A stretch of 43,369 nucleotides of DNA from an uncultured virus (IMG/VR IMGVR_UViG_3300032134_000001) (IMGVR_UViG_3300032134_000001); one strand, 5' to 3'; counted from the stretch's first letter, positions 9,266 to 18,364 are shown. Program-made: numbers and translations. Notes: generated by a model from the sequence alone, not told the origin.

Positions 9266-9805
9266 TCACTCACCCTCATCGTCACCTTCTTCCATCGCCC
9301 ACAGCCCAGCCTCCTCTGCCCAAGCATGGTGCCTGTCCAGGTCGCCAGCCATCGAGGCAGCCACGAAGCCGCCCTGAACCAGGCCCATCGGGGCCCCTGG
9401 GAGGCGGTACTGCTCACGTCGGTCGTTGCCCACTGCCAGCCGAGCCATCGCCCAGGTCATGGACGTGCTCCGGTGTGGACCCACTCGTTCCGCCTCACAG
9501 TGCTCCGTGAAGGGCACCGGCTGGAAGAAGGTGTTGGCAGCCTCTACGAACTGCTCGAACCCGCGGGGAGGCGGCTCCTCGTTGAGGTACTGGTGCAGCG
9601 TGTCGGCCGACTGACAGTCCTGGCAGCAAGGGCCCGTCCCGTCGCGAGCAAGCGCAGGGGCGAGGTTGGTGATGGGCTGCACCATCTCCGCCAGCCCCCA
9701 CTGGGACCGCTGGTTGTCTGCCCACCACACCAGACACCTGGGGCACGGCTTCGGGTTGCCTTCGTACAAGTCAGGACGTCGCTGACGGACCTGAGCCCGA
9801 CTCAT
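9266..9805 (-). CDS. hypothetical protein with CxxC motifs
   Basis: CPRC, CCQDC; ATGA overlap. Confidence 0.75.
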   Translation of the reverse strand: MSRAQVRQRRPDLYEGNPKPCPRCLVWWADNQRSQWGLAEMVQPITNLAPALARDGTGPCCQDCQSADTLHQYLNEEPPPRGFEQFVEAANTFFQPVPFTEHCEAERVGPHRSTSMTWAMARLAVGNDRREQYRLPGAPMGLVQGGFVAASMAGDLDRHHAWAEEAGLWAMEEGDDEGE

Positions 9806-10080
9806 GCCCGCTTCTTCAGGCAGGCCGTGGCCGTCACCTCGACGGGGTAGACCACCTCGCTCTTGGGCTTGAAGGTCAGCGACCCCGACCGGAGAGTGAC
9901 CACCGGCACCATGCCCGCAGGTACCCGGAAGTCATCGCTCGGCTTCTTGCAGACCAACCAGATGGACCGGTGGTCGCCCCCCGGCCGGTCTGCCATCCGC
10001 TGGGTGGTGTAGGTCTCGCCCGGATGAAGCTGCTTCAGCCGCACCGACCCCAGCGGGTCCTCATTCCACTTCACATCCAT
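9802..10080 (-). CDS. hypothetical protein, 92 aa
   Basis: AAGGAG SD, ATG. Confidence 0.75.
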   Translation of the reverse strand: MDVKWNEDPLGSVRLKQLHPGETYTTQRMADRPGGDHRSIWLVCKKPSDDFRVPAGMVPVVTLRSGSLTFKPKSEVVYPVEVTATACLKKRA

Positions 10081-10082
10081 GT

Positions 10083-10349
10083 CTACTCCTTGGGCTCCTC
10101 AGCCCGTTCCCCGTGAATGATCAACTCGACATCGAGCTGAGTCTCGATCCACACCCGGGCGCCGCAAGAAAGCGGGTTGTCGGGCCTGTAGACCACGCGG
10201 GCGACCTCGTTGCCGTCCGCGTCCCGGATGATCGCCTCGTGGGCGTAGTCGTTGGACCTGTAGGTCTTCACGGTCAGGACCGGCTCCCGATCTCCGCTCT
10301 TCTGGTTGCTCTTGATGCGGTGCTGGTTGACATGCACGATGGTCTTCAC
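10083..10349 (-). CDS. conserved small phage protein
   Basis: GTG start at 10349 (GTGA overlap); HVNQH.I..N, PV.TVK, PLSCGARVWIET motifs. Confidence 0.8.
   Translation of the reverse strand: MKTIVHVNQHRIKSNQKSGDREPVLTVKTYRSNDYAHEAIIRDADGNEVARVVYRPDNPLSCGARVWIETQLDVELIIHGERAEEPKE
10092..10105 (-). repeat. GGGCT-GAGG-AGCCC hairpin, copy 2
   Basis: Exact repeat immediately 5' of AAGGAG. Confidence 0.8.
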
Positions 10350-10741
10350 AGGACACCTCCCCGGAGCGCGGCACCAGCTGCCTCCGGCGCAATGATGTTG
10401 ATCGTAGGGAACCGCACGTCGGCTGTTGGGGCCCCGTAGGAGACCCAAAGGCAACGATTCAGCAGTGCGCTCTCTACGAAGTCACGAACCTCGGAGGGAT
10501 CAGCCTGCACCCAGTCCTTCAGCGCCTGCACTGCCGGGTCCGAAAGGAGGGACAGGACCTGATCCAGATAGGCTCGACCCTTGACCGGATCAACAGTCAG
10601 GAGGATGGACTTGGTCATGTCCACCTCCCCGGAGACGCAGCAGAGAGGAGCCAGCGTCAGCCGCAGGTAGTGACTCCCCGGCCGGTTCCTGCGGTCGTGC
10701 AGTGTGACACCCTTGCAGACGACGAAGACGATGGCCGTCAT
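10346..10741 (-). CDS. hypothetical protein
   Basis: ATGA overlap with upstream gene. Confidence 0.7.
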   Translation of the reverse strand: MTAIVFVVCKGVTLHDRRNRPGSHYLRLTLAPLCCVSGEVDMTKSILLTVDPVKGRAYLDQVLSLLSDPAVQALKDWVQADPSEVRDFVESALLNRCLWVSYGAPTADVRFPTINIIAPEAAGAALRGGVL

Positions 10742-11157
10742 GGCATCTCCGTAGGGGCCAGGAACCCCTCCACGAGCTGCTCCATCGGGCTGAGCGTCTC
10801 GTCGACGACGTAGGTGCGCCCGTAGATCCAGGCGTGCTCGATGTTGGCCTTCCGAGGATGGTCGATCACCTCCACGTCCCAGTAGGGGTCCAGGTGCTCG
10901 TCGTTCCAGTGCTGGATGTCGTTGACCCGATGGGAGGTGCGAACCCGCACAAGCGCTTCTCCTTGGATCTCGCAGTAGTCATGGACATCCAGCAGGTAGC
11001 CGGTCATCTCGACCACCAGAAGGAAGCGCCCCTCGTAGAGTTCAGCCTCCGCCACCGCTCGACTCTCTGCCTCCGCCTCCGTCCTCACTGTGATGTCGCG
11101 AGGGTTCCAGACCTCGGCCTCTGCTCTGGCCTGCACCAGCAGTGCGCGAGCTGTCAC
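10738..11157 (-). CDS. hypothetical protein, C-terminal SPMEQLV tag
   Basis: GTGA overlap, GGAGG SD. Confidence 0.8.
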   Translation of the reverse strand: MTARALLVQARAEAEVWNPRDITVRTEAEAESRAVAEAELYEGRFLLVVEMTGYLLDVHDYCEIQGEALVRVRTSHRVNDIQHWNDEHLDPYWDVEVIDHPRKANIEHAWIYGRTYVVDETLSPMEQLVEGFLAPTEMP

Positions 11158-11639
11158 TCCTCCTCCTTCTCGTGTGCCCGTGCCAGCTTCTCCATGTCGG
11201 TCTCAGCGCGGGCCGTGTTGGCCCGGTGCCGCATCCCCCCGAAGTCGATGTGGCAGATGTTCACCTCGTGCCGGACACACCAGACCTGGAAGCCCATTCT
11301 TGTGTAGCTGACCTGCTGCCGGGCGTACTGCTTGGGCGAGGTGCCCTGCGGCATCTTCCCCGCCTTCCACTCCTCCAAGCACAGGCCGCAGTGGATGTAG
11401 GCGCTGCCCTCATCCCCGTTGCTGATCGCGTCCCACTCCGGCGCGTCGTACTCGGCCCACTGGCCGTCTTCACCGTAGATCGCGTGGCCCTGGTAGCCCT
11501 CCGGGTCATCGACCCTGTCATCCATGAACACCGCAGCAACGTCCAACTCTTCGGGGTCCTCGTCCGCCACAGCCAGGACCACATGGTAGCGCCCCAGCAG
11601 CGCACGCAGCTCCGCCATGAAGCGGTTTCGCTTCTCCAT
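11154..11639 (-). CDS. hypothetical phage protein
   Basis: HCGLC...G.QVWC.RH..N..HIDF; AAGGAG SD. Confidence 0.8.
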   Translation of the reverse strand: MEKRNRFMAELRALLGRYHVVLAVADEDPEELDVAAVFMDDRVDDPEGYQGHAIYGEDGQWAEYDAPEWDAISNGDEGSAYIHCGLCLEEWKAGKMPQGTSPKQYARQQVSYTRMGFQVWCVRHEVNICHIDFGGMRHRANTARAETDMEKLARAHEKEEE

Positions 11640-11652
11640 TCCTCTACTCCTT

Positions 11653-11668
11653 GGGGCTCCTCAGCCCC
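11653..11668 (-). repeat. GGGGCT-GAGG-AGCCCC hairpin, copy 3
   Basis: Repeat with stem extended to 6 bp, abutting AAGGAG. Confidence 0.8.
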
Positions 11669-11673
11669 GGTTG

Positions 11674-12054
11674 TCAGACGACCACGTCCCCTTCATCGAG
11701 GCCGAAGTCGTCCAGGTTCCAGTCGAGGTCACTCGCTTCCGTCGCGGCGACCATCATCGGATTCTCGTACTGAGCCTTGTTCAGCTCCCACCAGACGTAC
11801 CCCACGCCCAGTGCCATCGCCGTCAGGCCCCGCCCCGCGATCACCTGCATCGGACTTTCGATGGGCTCTTTCGAGAGCTTGGTGTAGAGCCGTGCCAAGG
11901 CCAAGGACGACAGCACCCCGCCCACGATGGCCACCGTGCCCAGAAGCTGGTTCGACGGGTCCATCAGCTTGGTGCCGATCCTCTTCTGCGACTCCACGAA
12001 GGCGTCCCAGCCCGGATTCGGGAGTGCAGTGCGGGATGTAGGGCGCTTTGCCAT
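11674..12054 (-). CDS. putative two-TM membrane protein
   Basis: Two hydrophobic segments (LLGTVAIVGGVLSSLALA; GLTAMALGVGYVWW), acidic tail. Confidence 0.65.
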   Translation of the reverse strand: MAKRPTSRTALPNPGWDAFVESQKRIGTKLMDPSNQLLGTVAIVGGVLSSLALARLYTKLSKEPIESPMQVIAGRGLTAMALGVGYVWWELNKAQYENPMMVAATEASDLDWNLDDFGLDEGDVVV

Positions 12055-12457
12055 AGGACGAGCTTATCGGGAAGTTCACCAACGCGGGCTTGCTGGTCGA
12101 CAAGCGGCCCGAGACCGTGTGCTGCATGTTCCATCGCTGCGGCGAGGTGCTGTAGAGAGACGCAAAGCGCAGGGTCTTCGCAAGCCGCCGCATCTCCTTC
12201 ATGGTCTCGTGGAGCTTCGACCACTCGCAGAACTGCTCGCTCTCGATGTCGAAGGGGACCTTCGCGTCCGGGTCCCCCACATCACGAACCAGAGCATCTA
12301 TGTCCACGTCAGCGGCCAGGGTCTCCATCGGGTACTCGCGGGCGACCCGTGCGAGCGCCTCCTCGACGAGCATCTGATCGGTCTGCCCCTCATGTCGCAT
12401 GGCGCGCTGGAAGAACGCGAGCAGCAGGGTCGCCTTGTGGACTTCAGAGGGCTTCAT
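11729..12457 (-). CDS. hypothetical protein with PolA-like TVSGRLSTSKPALVNFP motif; 3' part overlaps next gene
   Basis: ATG 12457 in ATGA overlap; protein-like sequence to about 12068, then runs out of frame through 11674-12054. Confidence 0.5.
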   Translation of the reverse strand: MKPSEVHKATLLLAFFQRAMRHEGQTDQMLVEEALARVAREYPMETLAADVDIDALVRDVGDPDAKVPFDIESEQFCEWSKLHETMKEMRRLAKTLRFASLYSTSPQRWNMQHTVSGRLSTSKPALVNFPISSSYGKAPYIPHCTPESGLGRLRGVAEEDRHQADGPVEPASGHGGHRGRGAVVLGLGTALHQALERAHRKSDAGDRGAGPDGDGTGRGVRLVGAEQGSVRESDDGRRDGSE

Positions 12458-12882
12458 CGCTTCTTGACCCCACCCATGAGACTGCGCATGAAGCTCTCCT
12501 TCGTGCTTTCCGGCGGCGGCGGCTTGGCCGCCATGCCTGCCATCGCAGCCATCCCGATGCTTGCAGCGGCAAGACCCACCCCCAACTGCGCTGCAACCAT
12601 CGGATTCCTCGGTGCCTGCAGGGAAAGGAGCGTGCCGTTCCCGTCCCGACGCCGGGGCTTGTAGGTGTAGCGGTCCAGGTCTACCTGAACCTCCTTGATC
12701 AAGTCGGCCCACGCGGAGTAGGACTTCGCCGTCAGCCCCATCGCTTCAAGCTGGCAGGTGTCTCCCACCAGCGCGATGGCCTTGTCGATGGCCACGTTCT
12801 CGTCCAGAGCTGGGTCAATGCTCTGGAGCGTGCGCACCAGCATGGCCACCTTCTCCGGGAGGGTCATGTCGTCCAGTTTCAT
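12454..12882 (-). CDS. hypothetical protein with C-terminal hydrophobic helix
   Basis: ATGA overlap; LGVGLAAASIGMAAMAGMAA. Confidence 0.7.
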   Translation of the reverse strand: MKLDDMTLPEKVAMLVRTLQSIDPALDENVAIDKAIALVGDTCQLEAMGLTAKSYSAWADLIKEVQVDLDRYTYKPRRRDGNGTLLSLQAPRNPMVAAQLGVGLAAASIGMAAMAGMAAKPPPPESTKESFMRSLMGGVKKR

Positions 12883-13676
12883 GCCACGTCCTTGGGCTGG
12901 ATGGTGTTGCTGTTGCCTCGACCAAAGAAGCTGCTTCCGCCTGCAGAAGAGCAGGATGACACGGCGTCCTCCAGCCCCTTCGCCAGGCCAACCTCGATCG
13001 CCCGCGGATGGAAACGCTCACCCGCCTCCCGCCAGTCGGAAGCGGCCAGGTCGGCAGCCATCTTCTCCCCGCGAGCTGCGATCAGCTCCTCCGTCCTCTC
13101 AGTCAGCTCGCGGCGCAAGGCTGCAAGCCGAGCAGTGAAGCCCGTGTCCTCCCTGGCCTTCTCGCAGATGAGCTTGGAGGCCCAAGGTCGAATCGCGTTG
13201 GCCTGGCGAGCCCGTTCCTCCAGCTCGTTCTCGTCGTTCCAGGCTTTGTGGGCTCGGGTCACAGCGAGCTGCACCTTCCGCGCGGCAGACGCGAAGGTGA
13301 GGCCCAAGCTGGCCCACGCTTCCTTCTCGCTCAGGATGAGGGAAGGCTTGTCGGCCTGCACCGTCGGAAGACGGACAGTGATGTAGGCGCGACGGACCTC
13401 TGAGTCCTTGGTGTTCCCAGCACAGCCAGCATCCACCTTCACCCGGACAGGCCTGAAGACCCGGAGCAGGTAGTCACCCAGGCCCCTGAAGACCCAGTCA
13501 TCTCCTTCCCAAGACACCGTGCCCGAGATGCCCCCCTCGCGGCCGTAGGTCTTGCTGGCCCGCTTGTCCACGCGCTCGGGGTCCCGCCCCGCCAGCTCCA
13601 AGGTGAAGTCATCCCACTCCAGCTTGACAGGCTCCCACCCACTCTTGGTGGGCTCCTTCCACTTCTTCGCAGCCAT
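12879..13676 (-). CDS. hypothetical protein, 265 aa
   Basis: TGATG coupling. Confidence 0.8.
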   Translation of the reverse strand: MAAKKWKEPTKSGWEPVKLEWDDFTLELAGRDPERVDKRASKTYGREGGISGTVSWEGDDWVFRGLGDYLLRVFRPVRVKVDAGCAGNTKDSEVRRAYITVRLPTVQADKPSLILSEKEAWASLGLTFASAARKVQLAVTRAHKAWNDENELEERARQANAIRPWASKLICEKAREDTGFTARLAALRRELTERTEELIAARGEKMAADLAASDWREAGERFHPRAIEVGLAKGLEDAVSSCSSAGGSSFFGRGNSNTIQPKDVA

Positions 13677-15307
13677 CAGTAGTCCTGGATCTTGACCTCG
13701 CCCTTGTCGCAGTCGACACGGACGAGTGTTCGGATGGGGTAGAGCGCCAACGCGTCGGGAACATGCACCAGCTTGATCGGCGTCGGCTCACCCCGCCCTA
13801 CGACAGCGAGGTGAGAGAGCTGTCCGCCGCGCTCCGTGATGGTCGCTGCGCTGGAAGCTGCCGGGATGTAGTACTCGGGCCCGGCGTGAGGGATGACTGC
13901 GATGGTCCGCTTGTCCAACTCTTGGTCAGGCTCGGGGTGGACAACGCGGAGGTACTCCGTGCGCCCAGAGCCACTCAGAACTCCTGCCGTGAAGCCGCAG
14001 ATCTCCGCCTGGAAGGCGAACCGCACCCGGTACGCGGCGGAGCTGAGAGACTCCTCCCGGTAGTCCGTATCCAAGTCCATGGAAGGCACCGAGCCGAGCA
14101 TCCAGTCCGTGTGGTCCGTGTCATCGCAGTACATCTTCATGCCCGACGGAGCCACCGTCTCCCACTTCGGAGCCAGGTGAGTGGCCGTAGACCGGCGGAG
14201 AGACCAACGGATGAAGGGTGCTCGCGGGACCCGATAGGTGCGGGGAACTGGAGGCTCTGCGGGCTTCGGCTCGTGCTTCATGGCACCCTGGCAGTCCTCA
14301 TCCGTGACCTCGATGGTCACCCAGCCGGAACAGTCCTCAGAGCCGTCATCCGGCCCCGCCTGATCCTGGATGCGAGTCCGGTACATGCCCAACAAGACCT
14401 GGTGCGTCCGCTCTCGCCTCTCCTCTTCTTCCTCCGTCGAGCCAGGCCAGAACCCCTTGTCTTGCTCCTCTTCCGCGTACCGCTCTACGTCCTCACGCAG
14501 CTCGTCCAGCTGACCCCGCGCCTGAAGCAGGCTGATGGCAGCATCTCGCTCTCCATTCCCAGGCCCCCGGTACGAGGAGTAGGGAGTCTGGTTCGGGTCG
14601 AGCAGCCGGTCAACCTCGACATCAATGTCTTCCTGCGCCCCGTCGATGTCTTCGGGGTACCAGAGCTGGTGGCTCCGTTCGTCCAAGCGCTTCTGCAGAA
14701 GGAAGTGCTCAGCCAGCGCTGTCTGGGGATCATCGTGAGGGGCACGGGGCTTCCACCAGACCGGAAGCTGCACCTCCTTGAACAGCACGTTGATGCGCTG
14801 GAGGTTCCCCTGAGCATCGGGGACGGTCAAGATGATGGCGCGGTCCCGACCCGGACTGTCAGCGTAGTGGTCGGTACGCTCCTGGGCCAGCCGTGCGCGG
14901 CCTGGCCCCCCGCTCGGCACGGCCCGCCGACGGTCTGCTGTGGTCCCATAGAAGTCCTTGGGCCCGAAGCCTGTGACCATGGCGTAGGGCTGCCACGCCT
15001 TCCCACCCGAGTAGAAGCAGCCACCGAACAGCCACAGGAGGCGCTTCTTGTACTCTCTGTCGTCATCGTCCACCATCCCCAGCGTGTTCTCGCCATCCGG
15101 CGTCCGAGGGCTATGTCCGACCAGCTTGGCGTTGCCCTGGAGGATCTTGTAGACGTCATCCCAGGCGATCCCCACGAGAGATGCTTGGGCCATCCGGGCA
15201 GCCCGCTCGTGCCCACGGAAGTCCTCAGTGGCAATGTCACGGAGCAAGCCCGTGAACCAGTCCCCGTCGATGCTGAAGCAGACTTGTTCTGTCCGTTCTT
15301 CGCTCAT
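13676..15307 (-). CDS. large protein with C-terminal PEP-utilising enzyme mobile (phospho-His) domain
   Basis: Start ATG 15307 (ATGA overlap); ITERGGQLSHLAVVGR matches the TxxGGxxSHxAxxxR signature. Confidence 0.75.
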   Translation of the reverse strand: MSEERTEQVCFSIDGDWFTGLLRDIATEDFRGHERAARMAQASLVGIAWDDVYKILQGNAKLVGHSPRTPDGENTLGMVDDDDREYKKRLLWLFGGCFYSGGKAWQPYAMVTGFGPKDFYGTTADRRRAVPSGGPGRARLAQERTDHYADSPGRDRAIILTVPDAQGNLQRINVLFKEVQLPVWWKPRAPHDDPQTALAEHFLLQKRLDERSHQLWYPEDIDGAQEDIDVEVDRLLDPNQTPYSSYRGPGNGERDAAISLLQARGQLDELREDVERYAEEEQDKGFWPGSTEEEEERRERTHQVLLGMYRTRIQDQAGPDDGSEDCSGWVTIEVTDEDCQGAMKHEPKPAEPPVPRTYRVPRAPFIRWSLRRSTATHLAPKWETVAPSGMKMYCDDTDHTDWMLGSVPSMDLDTDYREESLSSAAYRVRFAFQAEICGFTAGVLSGSGRTEYLRVVHPEPDQELDKRTIAVIPHAGPEYYIPAASSAATITERGGQLSHLAVVGRGEPTPIKLVHVPDALALYPIRTLVRVDCDKGEVKIQDY

Positions 15308-16032
15308 GCGCTCTTCCCCTTGGGTTGGGACCACACGAAGCGGTCGATGGGCTTCAAGCCGCCTCCCTGCGACCCGGCCAGCAACTCCAGGACGCTCGGC
15401 ATGTCCCGAGCGGGAGTGTCGTCCGTGACACACAGGGCCCGGTCGCTCTCGTGATCCCCGAAGTAGGCGAAGAGCTTCAAGCGCCGAGGGAAGTTGACGA
15501 TGTCCGGTGCCAGCACCCACATGCCCTCCCTGTCCTCGAAGGCATCACCGGACAGAGGACGAGTCAACGGGTCTCGACCCTTGGGCATCGAGTCCTTGCG
15601 CCGCGAGGTCACCAGGTTGGGGACCATGCCCCCGTCCTTGAAGATGAACTTGCCGTCCTTCCAGTAGAACCAGGTGTACTCACCACCCACCCACCGCTGG
15701 CTCCCGCCGGACGAACGGGTATTCGCCACAATCAGTCCCCGATCACTCCCGATGGACATCGGAGAGAACTGGTTCACCCGTACCTTGGTAGTGACCGTGC
15801 TCCAGCCGTTGAGACTCGCTGCAACCATGTCGTTCGGGTAGTAACGCACGACCTCCGTGCCATGGAACTCGCAGGCGTAGACCGTCTCGTCCGTCCTCCA
15901 CTCTGGAGTCGGGCTCACCCGGCTGACGACCAGCCAAGTGTTCCCGCTCAGCTTCTTGCCCTGCTTCTTGCTCCGAGCCTTCTTGAACTCGTCGCGAGCC
16001 CAGAGCCAGGGCGCTGTCAAGATGAGACTCAT
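15304..16032 (-). CDS. hypothetical phage protein
   Basis: Start ATG 16032 (TGATG); GNT...FHGTEVV...NGW.T.TTK.R.N motif. Confidence 0.75.
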   Translation of the reverse strand: MSLILTAPWLWARDEFKKARSKKQGKKLSGNTWLVVSRVSPTPEWRTDETVYACEFHGTEVVRYYPNDMVAASLNGWSTVTTKVRVNQFSPMSIGSDRGLIVANTRSSGGSQRWVGGEYTWFYWKDGKFIFKDGGMVPNLVTSRRKDSMPKGRDPLTRPLSGDAFEDREGMWVLAPDIVNFPRRLKLFAYFGDHESDRALCVTDDTPARDMPSVLELLAGSQGGGLKPIDRFVWSQPKGKSA

Positions 16033-16571
16033 CAGGCCTCCCACGCCATCAGGCGGTCCAGCTCGTTCCACATCGAATACTCGGAGCCCGTCGGGGCCGA
16101 GGGACGCAGCGCCTTGCGGAAGCCCCCGTACTCCTTGCGGTACATGCCCAGGAGGGACTTGTTGCGCTTGTTGGCATCCTGGTCCTGCACCTCCAGCCAG
16201 CAGCTCCGCGTGTTGGCGATGCGGTCGCAGAGCTTGACCAGCCGAGCCCGCGGACACCCCGCGATCTTAGGGTAGGTGTGCAGGGCCCGGATCTTCCGGT
16301 TCTTCCCAGGCTCGTTGGTCACACGCCAGACCGTCTCCTCCACGTCGCGGCCGAAGCCCTTGCGAATCTCCCCGCGCGTAGCGTCTGTGTCCTCCTCCGT
16401 ATCGTGGAGGGGAAGGGCGATCAGCACCACCTCGTCGGTGATGCCGAACTCGAAGGCGACTGACAAGGCAGCCAGGAGGTGGAACTGGTAGGGGTGTGCG
16501 CCGTAGCGCTGGCCTCCGTGCTTGAGCGCGGCGAAGTCCAGGGAGTGCTTGATGGTGTCAGCCACAGACAT
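16032..16571 (-). CDS. RelA/SpoT-type HD-domain hydrolase (small alarmone hydrolase, Mesh1-like)
   Basis: FA..KH.GQ.Y...PY..H, LHDTEEDT, VT, LVKLCDRIAN motifs; GAGG SD before ATG 16571. Confidence 0.85.
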   Translation of the reverse strand: MSVADTIKHSLDFAALKHGGQRYGAHPYQFHLLAALSVAFEFGITDEVVLIALPLHDTEEDTDATRGEIRKGFGRDVEETVWRVTNEPGKNRKIRALHTYPKIAGCPRARLVKLCDRIANTRSCWLEVQDQDANKRNKSLLGMYRKEYGGFRKALRPSAPTGSEYSMWNELDRLMAWEA

Positions 16572-16611
16572 GGCATCCTCTTGGGTATGGGGTGATGTGA
16601 AAGAAGTTGCT

Positions 16612-16794
16612 GCTCTGGGACGCTTCCAACAGCGTCCGTGACGACGGAACAGCTCACCGGCAAGATTGCTGAGCCCGCACTTGGAGCCCGACCGACACAC
16701 CTGTAAGGAGCAGGGCGTCAGGCCAGGGCGGCCCGCGGGGTACGGCTTTCCTCTTAGGACGGTTCTCATGCAGAACCGTAGGACGCGGGCCGCC
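16612..16794 (-). ncRNA. candidate structured RNA or leader
   Basis: 11-bp, 8-bp and 7-bp perfect stems in a 227-nt intergenic gap. Confidence 0.4.
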
Positions 16795-16798
16795 TACA

Positions 16799-17290
16799 CT
16801 AATCAGGGTCATCCCAGACCAGCGCGCCGGTCTGGTTCGTAAGTCCTTCGCCGTCAAAGACGTAGCGCCAGCAGTCCCGGTCCTCACCGTAGAAGGTGAT
16901 GATCGCCCCCTCGGACACGAAGGGTGCCAGGACTTCCCAGAGCTGCTCGTCGTCGCCCCACTTCTCCCCCTCGAAGTAGTGGACCACCACGTCGCGGTGC
17001 TGATGGCCAAGACCAAGCTGCTCCAGGGGCGTCATCGCAGCTCCCTCTCCACTGCTGTAGCGCCACGAAGTCAGCGCAGCAGAGAGGTTGCTGGCCTCCA
17101 GCGCCTCGATGCACGTTGCCGTGGAAACCCAAGAGAAGCTGCGGGCAGGGTCGATGTCCTTGGTGAAGGTCCCCCCGCTTCCGTGCTCCTGTACCGAGAG
17201 CATGAGTTCCTTCAGAGCTGCGACAGCTCCGGGCACCTTGGCACCCCGAATCACCACACCCTCGACCGTGACTTCGACGTGGTAACCCAC
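16799..17290 (-). CDS. conserved phage hypothetical protein, internal TPLEQLG tag
   Basis: MGY...WR...F.GEK.GDD...LAPFV..G..I...GED...WR..F motifs; GGAG SD. Confidence 0.8.
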   Translation of the reverse strand: MGYHVEVTVEGVVIRGAKVPGAVAALKELMLSVQEHGSGGTFTKDIDPARSFSWVSTATCIEALEASNLSAALTSWRYSSGEGAAMTPLEQLGLGHQHRDVVVHYFEGEKWGDDEQLWEVLAPFVSEGAIITFYGEDRDCWRYVFDGEGLTNQTGALVWDDPD

Positions 17291-17292
17291 GC

Positions 17293-17538
17293 CTACTCCC
17301 CGGTTCCGTGCTTGGCCGCGACCGCGGTGAGAAACTCACCCAGGTTCACGACCTGCGGAAGGGTGAAGCTGGCGAGCCGTCGCGTCCGCACGGTGTCGTC
17401 CTTCTTCTTCGTGAAGGAGCGGGTGAGCACCACCTTCGGCTCGCCACCGTCGTAGGCACGGAGTGCAGCGTCGATGTCTGTGTTGGGCACACGCCCCAGG
17501 TCGTCGATCAGCTTGTCTTTGGTCTCGTCGTAGGCCAT
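17293..17538 (-). CDS. PC4/YdbC-like ssDNA-binding protein (tentative)
   Basis: GAGG SD before ATG 17538; YDGGEPKVVLTR...RLASFT pattern. Confidence 0.45.
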   Translation of the reverse strand: MAYDETKDKLIDDLGRVPNTDIDAALRAYDGGEPKVVLTRSFTKKKDDTVRTRRLASFTLPQVVNLGEFLTAVAAKHGTGE

Positions 17539-17539
17539 G

Positions 17540-18364
17540 TCATTCCTCGTTCTGTGTTGAGTCGTCTTCTGCTTGCACCACACCGGCCAGCAGCTCCATA
17601 GGTCCTTGAGTGAGCTTGTCCCGAAGCACCTGCTTGAGTTCCAGCTCAGCCAGACTCCGCGCAGCCTCGTCTGCCTTCACGCCGTAGCGTGACGCAGCCT
17701 CTTGCGAAGCCTTCAGCTCTGCTGCTGCTGCTTCCAGGTCACCGTGTAGGGTGGGAGCCAAAGTCGTGAGTTCCGTCTGGAAGTCCGTGAGCATCGAGAT
17801 GACAACGCCCAGGTCTTCTGCCATGTGATTGAGGGCCTCTTCACCTGTCTGGAGACCCCCTTCCACATCCCCACCCAGGAAGTCCTCGCTCTCGTACCAC
17901 CAGCGGCGCAAGTAGAGCAGGGCAGTCATCGCCACGGCATAGGCTGCACCGTGGTCGCCTGCCGGTAGGGTGAAGGGAGGAAGGGGGTCGCCCCCCGCCC
18001 ACTCGACGACGTGGTAGTCCTCGGGGTCCATCCGCATCGGCATCCAGGTGACGAAGCCCGGAGGGGCCTTGTCCCCCTCCACCCGGCCTCCGGCCTCGCT
18101 GTCCACCAGCATGTGACGCAAGAACTCGTGGATGTTCGCAGGGGTGACCGGGAACCCCGCCTCCGCTCCGCCTGCGGGGTTGAACCTTGGCAGAGAGGTC
18201 TTGCCCTGCTTGCGCATCATCTTCTTGTTGCTCCTCGCTTTCAGCAGGTTCTTCTTGCTCCTCGCTTGTCGCTTCGTGGCCCTCGCTGCCTGCCGCTGCG
18301 TCACTACTCCCGTTCCCGAGCCGAGCCCCAGCGCGTTCAGCAGGTTCTTCTTGCTGGTCGTCAC
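17540..18364 (-). CDS. hypothetical protein, basic N-terminus, coiled C-terminus, GPMELLA tag
   Basis: GTGA overlap. Confidence 0.75.
   Translation of the reverse strand: MTTSKKNLLNALGLGSGTGVVTQRQAARATKRQARSKKNLLKARSNKKMMRKQGKTSLPRFNPAGGAEAGFPVTPANIHEFLRHMLVDSEAGGRVEGDKAPPGFVTWMPMRMDPEDYHVVEWAGGDPLPPFTLPAGDHGAAYAVAMTALLYLRRWWYESEDFLGGDVEGGLQTGEEALNHMAEDLGVVISMLTDFQTELTTLAPTLHGDLEAAAAELKASQEAASRYGVKADEAARSLAELELKQVLRDKLTQGPMELLAGVVQAEDDSTQNEE

Noticed and set aside
16727..16794. Three-way junction as a hammerhead ribozyme
   Set aside because: The conserved CUGANGA core is absent on both strands.
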